In this document: piece after piece, positions 59,537 through 64,000 of the stretch
Position numbering within the stretch: the first letter of the stretch is position 1
How the letters are laid out: each line of letters begins with the position of its first letter
Assembly: GCA_907165135.1 (NCBI GenBank)
Contig: OU015569.1
Location: 5,936,769 to 6,000,768, forward strand
Source: Oikopleura dioica
Taxonomy: Eukaryota > Animalia > Chordata
Length of the DNA stretch: 64,000 nucleotides
Direction of reading: 5' to 3'
Position numbers and translations under genes: made by a program
Notes under the pieces: generated by a model
What the model was told of the DNA's origin: nothing
Database searches by the model: none
What the model saw: the letters and a program-made list of their open reading frames with translations, nothing else

Positions 59537-60334
59537 TCAGGAATCAGCGTCTTTTGTAGAAGATTTTTGGTCCTCAAAGTCGGATAAACAAAAAGGAGGC
59601 CCATGGCCTGGAAAAATCAAATCAGGCTTGGCATGTTGCTGAATGAAGAGACGCGAGGCTCGCGAGAGCGCCGGTTCTTCAGAGAGAGATTCATAGAATG
59701 ATTCATCATCTTTTTCATCCCAGAGGTCACCAACAAACGCAAATTTTGAGTAGCGTTCGTTGCGAAATATCAAATCGCCGGTGATAATGAGACTGCAGCA
59801 GCCACCAGTGTGTCCGGGCGTTGTTATGTATTCCAGAGAGACATCTTCATTTTCGAATTTCAGAAGACAGGCTCCTATTTGCTTGTCTGACGGAAGTAGA
59901 CGAGGGCTACGGAAACGCTCCTTTATACTTGTATCCCGGCCAACGCTTATCACAGCTATAAAAATCCAAAATCAATATAAAAACATGCATTACCTGATGG
60001 AAACAGATTCAAGTTTCCCACGTGATCAGAGTGTCCGTGGGAGCAGAATACGGCGTCGATGGCACTTATGTTCTTCTCTGATAGTTCTAGGCAAAACTCA
60101 TCCGCTAGCTATCCTTTTTTTGACTTTACTTTCAGTAATTGTATCTCTTTCATGCGCCGCCCCACAATCAAAGAGAACATTTTGCACTGGAGAAATTTCG
60201 GGCTTCTGCTTTTCGAACTCGAAAGTCTCATTGACGGCATTTCTCAGCGAAATCAAACATACAGTGCAGCGTGCATGAAAAACAGAGTTAATTTCTCGAG
60301 CGTAGCCTTCTTGAATCAACGTCACTTCCGCCAT
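59537..60334 (-). CDS. MBLAC1: Metallo-beta-lactamase fold protein (MBLAC1-like), about 3 exons.
   Basis: MAEVTLIQEGYARE...NVLFDCG (start 60334; an in-frame upstream Met at 60418 is also possible). ...LELSEKNISAIDAVFCSHGHSDHVGNLNLFPS| (HxHxDH zinc motif, about 59995-60090). The 59537-59953 exon carries ...TTPGHTGGCCSLII...FPGHGPPF... The stop TGA is at 59537-59539. Confidence 0.8.
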
Positions 60335-60469
60335 TCTGGAAATGAAAAAAATATTAACTTGGTGGGTCAGAAATTCATTTTCTATTAGGAAAATCTGGGG
60401 CTCGGAAGTTAGGATCATGCAGGTCCATATTTAGTTCTTCAGCAGACATATCGCCTTGTCTTCTGTCTA

Positions 60470-62528
60470 ACGGCTTCTTTGCATCACGTGCTGCTTTAAT
60501 TTCGGCCATTTTCGCTCTAAAATCGAATCAGCTGAAGGATTGCAACTGAGGTTCTTACCTAGCTTTTTGCTTAATCCTTTCTTTTTGTTTCCTGCCCGTG
60601 TTTTTAATTTCATTTTCTGGAGCTGTTCTGGTCGGGTGCTTCTTATCGTATCTGGCGAGTTCTTGAGCTTCGAACTTTGCCATTTGCTCAATCTCCTTTT
60701 TCACAAGCGCCGATGTCTATAAATCCAATTATGCATAAAAACAAGGCTTTCGCTCGAACCTTGAAAAGATGCCCCTGATTGGGGCCTAGAAGACGGCCGA
60801 CTCTTTCGAATTGGTCACCGTCCATGCCACTAAAAGAGTCTTCTGCATCTTCGTAAAAACGATTTTCAAGAGGAATTCCAAGACGGTTTAATATTTTTGA
60901 AGAAATCTGAGGAATAGCAGGTTGCAGAAGAATAGCAGAAACACGTAGAAGCTCATAACATGCATGAATAGCTTCAGTAAAAGAGTTTTAGATTCTGCTT
61001 TATCTAATAACTATGCTCTACCTGAATCTTTCTGCATGCGTTCACTTTTTATATCTCTATCCAATTTAAAAATCTTTTCGTTTGTCATGAATTGAAGTCC
61101 TTCTTCAACAGCTCGAATGACGCAGTTCATTGCACTTGGAAGCTGTCCTTGGTCGACAAATTTCGCGTACACTTCTGGCAACTCTTGAACAGTTTCGATG
61201 AGATATTTTTCGCCGTCGGGGCGATCTAACAGCGAGTCAGGGAAAAGAGTCGGATATGCTCCACTAGGGTTGAGATTCTTCGAAGTGGTTCTTGAGAGAA
61301 GATTCGCGATTTTATTTGCCAAGTCGCTATCAGACTGAATTCTGAGTAGCTCGTCCTGAAAGTCCACGTTCTTGAGGGTAGCATGTTTGAGACAGAACCA
61401 ACGAACAGCGTCACTTTGATTTCCGACTAATTCGAGCAGCTCCTTTGGAGTGACAAAGTTGTCCAGACTTTTGGACATTTTCATTCCATTTCGCGTCCAA
61501 TGACCATGAACGAAGACTTTCTTGGGCAGAGGAAGATCCGCAGCCAGAAGCATCGCTGGCCAATAAATACAGTGGAATCGAGCGATATCGATCCCGAGAA
61601 CTTGAAGTTGCGGCGGCCAGAAATCGAGAGCGTTTTCATGTCTTGCGTAGCCAGCTGCGGTCAAGTAGTTGATTAACGCCTCGAACCAAACGTACATTGT
61701 ATGATTTGGATCATCAGGAACAGCAACGCCCCATGGAACTCTCTTTCTCGGCCTAGAAATAGAAAGACTGGTGTTGCCAGTATTTCTTCGCTCCTTCAGC
61801 TCATCGATTAAAACTTTAGCAACATCTGGGGTAACAGCTTTTTCTATCCATGCTTCTATTTCGCTTAAAAATGGCTCAAAATCGAAGATATAGTTTTCTT
61901 CAGAAATCCATTCTAGTTGATGGCCGTTTACGCTACTAAAGTGTTTGCCGTCCTTTTCTACTATTTCTTTATTTCCGACAAATGATTCATCTGGTGTCGA
62001 ATACCATCCTTCGTAATTCTTAATTCTTATATGACCCTTCGATCTTAGCCGGCTCCACAGCTTCTGGGCGGCCTCGTGATGCTCAGGATTTGTCGTTCTC
62101 ATGTAAATTGCATCGTCGAGGGAGGCAACAGAAATGGAGAATTTTTTAAACGTTCTTCTATACAAGTCGGAGATGTTATTGACGAGCAGCTCTGGGTGAT
62201 CGTAGCCCTGTTGTGCAGCTGAGCGAATGATCTTTTGACCGTGTTCATCAGTCCCGATGGAGAATTTACTAGGGACATCGTTTATCTTATTCCAACGGTG
62301 GTAAAAGTCCCCAATTACACTAGAGTGAATATGACCAATGTGGGGAGTAGACGTCGCGTAATAAATGGGACAGGTAACAAAATTGGTCTGCTTGTTTAAT
62401 ATGCGTACGCCATGCGTTTTTCTCAGGTCACCACGAGAGGCGGAAGAAGTCTGCAATGATCCTAGATATCGATAGCTGAGTATTTGCGACTTCGGTCTGA
62501 GTCCGATCATGCTAAACAATCTAATCAT
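60470..62528 (-). CDS. MARS2: Methionyl-tRNA synthetase, organellar (mitochondrial) short type, about 3 exons.
   Basis: The 505-aa first exon begins with a presequence-like N-terminus (MIRLFSMIGLRPKSQILSYRYLGSLQTSSASRGDLRK). It carries the class-I HIGH motif (YYATSTPHIGHIHSS) and KMSKS. Downstream exons are about 60730-60900 (...IPQISSKILNRLGIPLENRFYEDAEDSF...) and about 60470-60700 (Lys-rich tail). Confidence 0.9.
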
Positions 62529-62842
62529 CAGTGAGGATATTTAATTTAGTGATTGCATTTCTCTAAGTCACATGGTTGGTCTTCACAGAGAAGAAATATT
62601 TTTGAGGGAGTAACAGGGGAGAAGTTAGACGGACGAAGACTTCAAAATAAGATGAAATATTGCCATAAATGCTATTTCGATAAGCAGGCAATTAATAATA
62701 ACAAAGACAGTGAAGTTATGTTTTATATAAGGCCCTGAGCAGTCCAGAGCAGTCCAGAAACATATAAAAGATGGTAAAGGGTTCTGGCGAAGAAGAAAAT
62801 TATACTAGTTGGAGGCTCTTGGCACTCAGAAAATTTCAACAT

Positions 62843-64000
62843 CTTCAGGAGCATCGAGATCCTTGTAGCTGGCGACTGGGCGATTGGTATACGAGTCACG
62901 GCGATCCGGCTATGATTCAGTTAGCAAGAGGGATGGATCAGTGATCATTGATTTTACACCAGAAGATAAAAGACACCATTTCTGCACCGCGTAGAAAACT
63001 AACTCTGAGCTACTGATTCTCAAATATGAGACCACCGCACCGCGCTCACCACGGTTAAAACTTACATGCTCGTGCGATTGGTGATGTTGACTGGTGTTGT
63101 TGTAGTTGTTCTGTCTTACCTGGTGATGTCTCATCGGCATGTGGCCGGGTGGCATGTGTCCTGGTGGTGGTCGGAACGGCTGAATAGTTTGCACTGGATC
63201 ATTGGGCCTCTTTGGATCAGCCAAGTACCGGTTGAAGAATTTCACCTCTGAATAAAATGTGAACAACAAAAAATCAATAAAGAACAATACCGTTGCGGAC
63301 CGCTTCGACTTTTTCGGCGTGTTTGATAAGAATATGCTTCTTCACAAACTCCGGGCCTTTGAACTTTTTGCCTGAAAGTGGGCAAAGATATTTTTCTGGG
63401 CCGAGCTGTTGGGTATTTGCTTCAATGAACTTCTTGATTTCTTCCTCTTCGTCTTTCATTCCTAGCTTTTTGATTTCCTCTTCATCTAGTTTTGTGCCTT
63501 CTGTGAGCATTCCGTTGCACTTCTCGAGGAACTTCTTTACGTAATCATTCATTTCGAAAGGCATGATAGGATTGCTGAAAGACGTTTAACAAACAATCAG
63601 ATATGTAGAAAGTCACCTTGGGGGCTCGCCTCGAACATGAATAATTCCGCAACGATTTGGCATCTCGTCTTCGTTTCGATATTCAGAGTGATTGTAGTAA
63701 TCAACTGAATGAACGAGGCGGAGATACAGAGTGAGAATGTCAGCGATTTGCGCCAATTTTTTGTCGTAGTTGAGATGGATCTCATCAGCGTTCTTTGGGT
63801 CATCTTCTACCGGGTTCTTCTCAAGATAATCTTCCGTCTTGAGGATGACCGGATTTGGCTTGAATTTTGGTAAGATTGAGCGAGTTGGCTCCGGATCTTA
63901 CTTGTTTGCCCGTGTACAGCTCGTATTTCTCGTCGAATTTCTTGATAAGCGACATGAGGTTGAGAATGTCCGCCTTCATGATGGTGTTGTGATTAGCCAG
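62843..64000 (-). CDS. SRRT: SRRT/ARS2 (Serrate RNA effector molecule) C-terminal half. It is partial, and the 5' end lies beyond the window.
   Basis: ...[37 protein letters not shown] (about 63590-63800). [16 protein letters not shown]...[33 protein letters not shown] (63274-63564). ...[15 protein letters not shown]...[11 protein letters not shown]... (62910-63250). The terminal exon ends ...[19 protein letters not shown] at about 62843. It is collinear with the ARS2 C-terminal ZnF region. Confidence 0.85.

Overview
This is nuclear DNA from a eukaryote, not a prokaryote. Genes are split by many very short introns (about 40-60 nt, GT...TTTCAG/TTTTAG boundaries), polyadenylation signals follow stop codons, and the background is AT-rich. 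I found no rRNA or CRISPR array, and no convincing tRNA genes. The intron style and the very tight packing of same-strand genes point to a nematode-like genome; this is an inference.

About 25 protein-coding genes are supported:
- **4.6-16.7 kb, accessory-looking block:** a secreted multi-CCP (sushi) trypsin-like serine protease, a GCC2/GCC3 (ephrin-receptor-like) cysteine-repeat protein, a membrane-anchored carboxylesterase with a mucin-like stalk, and a DUF1445/D-glutamate-cyclase-like enzyme.
- **17-38 kb:** a RING-finger protein, a Na+/H+ exchanger, Rab23, a coiled-coil protein spanning about 6 kb, and a Fos/ATF-like bZIP factor.
- **45.8-64 kb:** an unbroken run of at least 11 minus-strand genes. 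These are a small unknown protein, a chromodomain protein, RNR small subunit, UBE2D, a basic protein, ARPC2, TFIIE-beta, SERINC, an MBLAC1-like protein, mitochondrial MetRS and SRRT/ARS2 (partial). Intergenic spacers as short as about 43-100 nt carry a splice-acceptor-like site directly before the ATG, which looks like operon organisation.

Non-genic highlights:
- A 1.6-kb composite foldback-type element at 18554-20136, with 23-bp outer TIRs and about 57-bp inner inverted repeats around an 11-copy 55-56-bp satellite whose units each carry a hairpin.
- A 642-bp MITE with about 140-bp TIRs and a perfect 8-bp TSD.
- A 383-bp TTAA-flanked MITE with a G14 terminus.
- A 435-bp near-perfect hairpin lying between two divergently transcribed genes.

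All exon boundaries are hand-derived and approximate.
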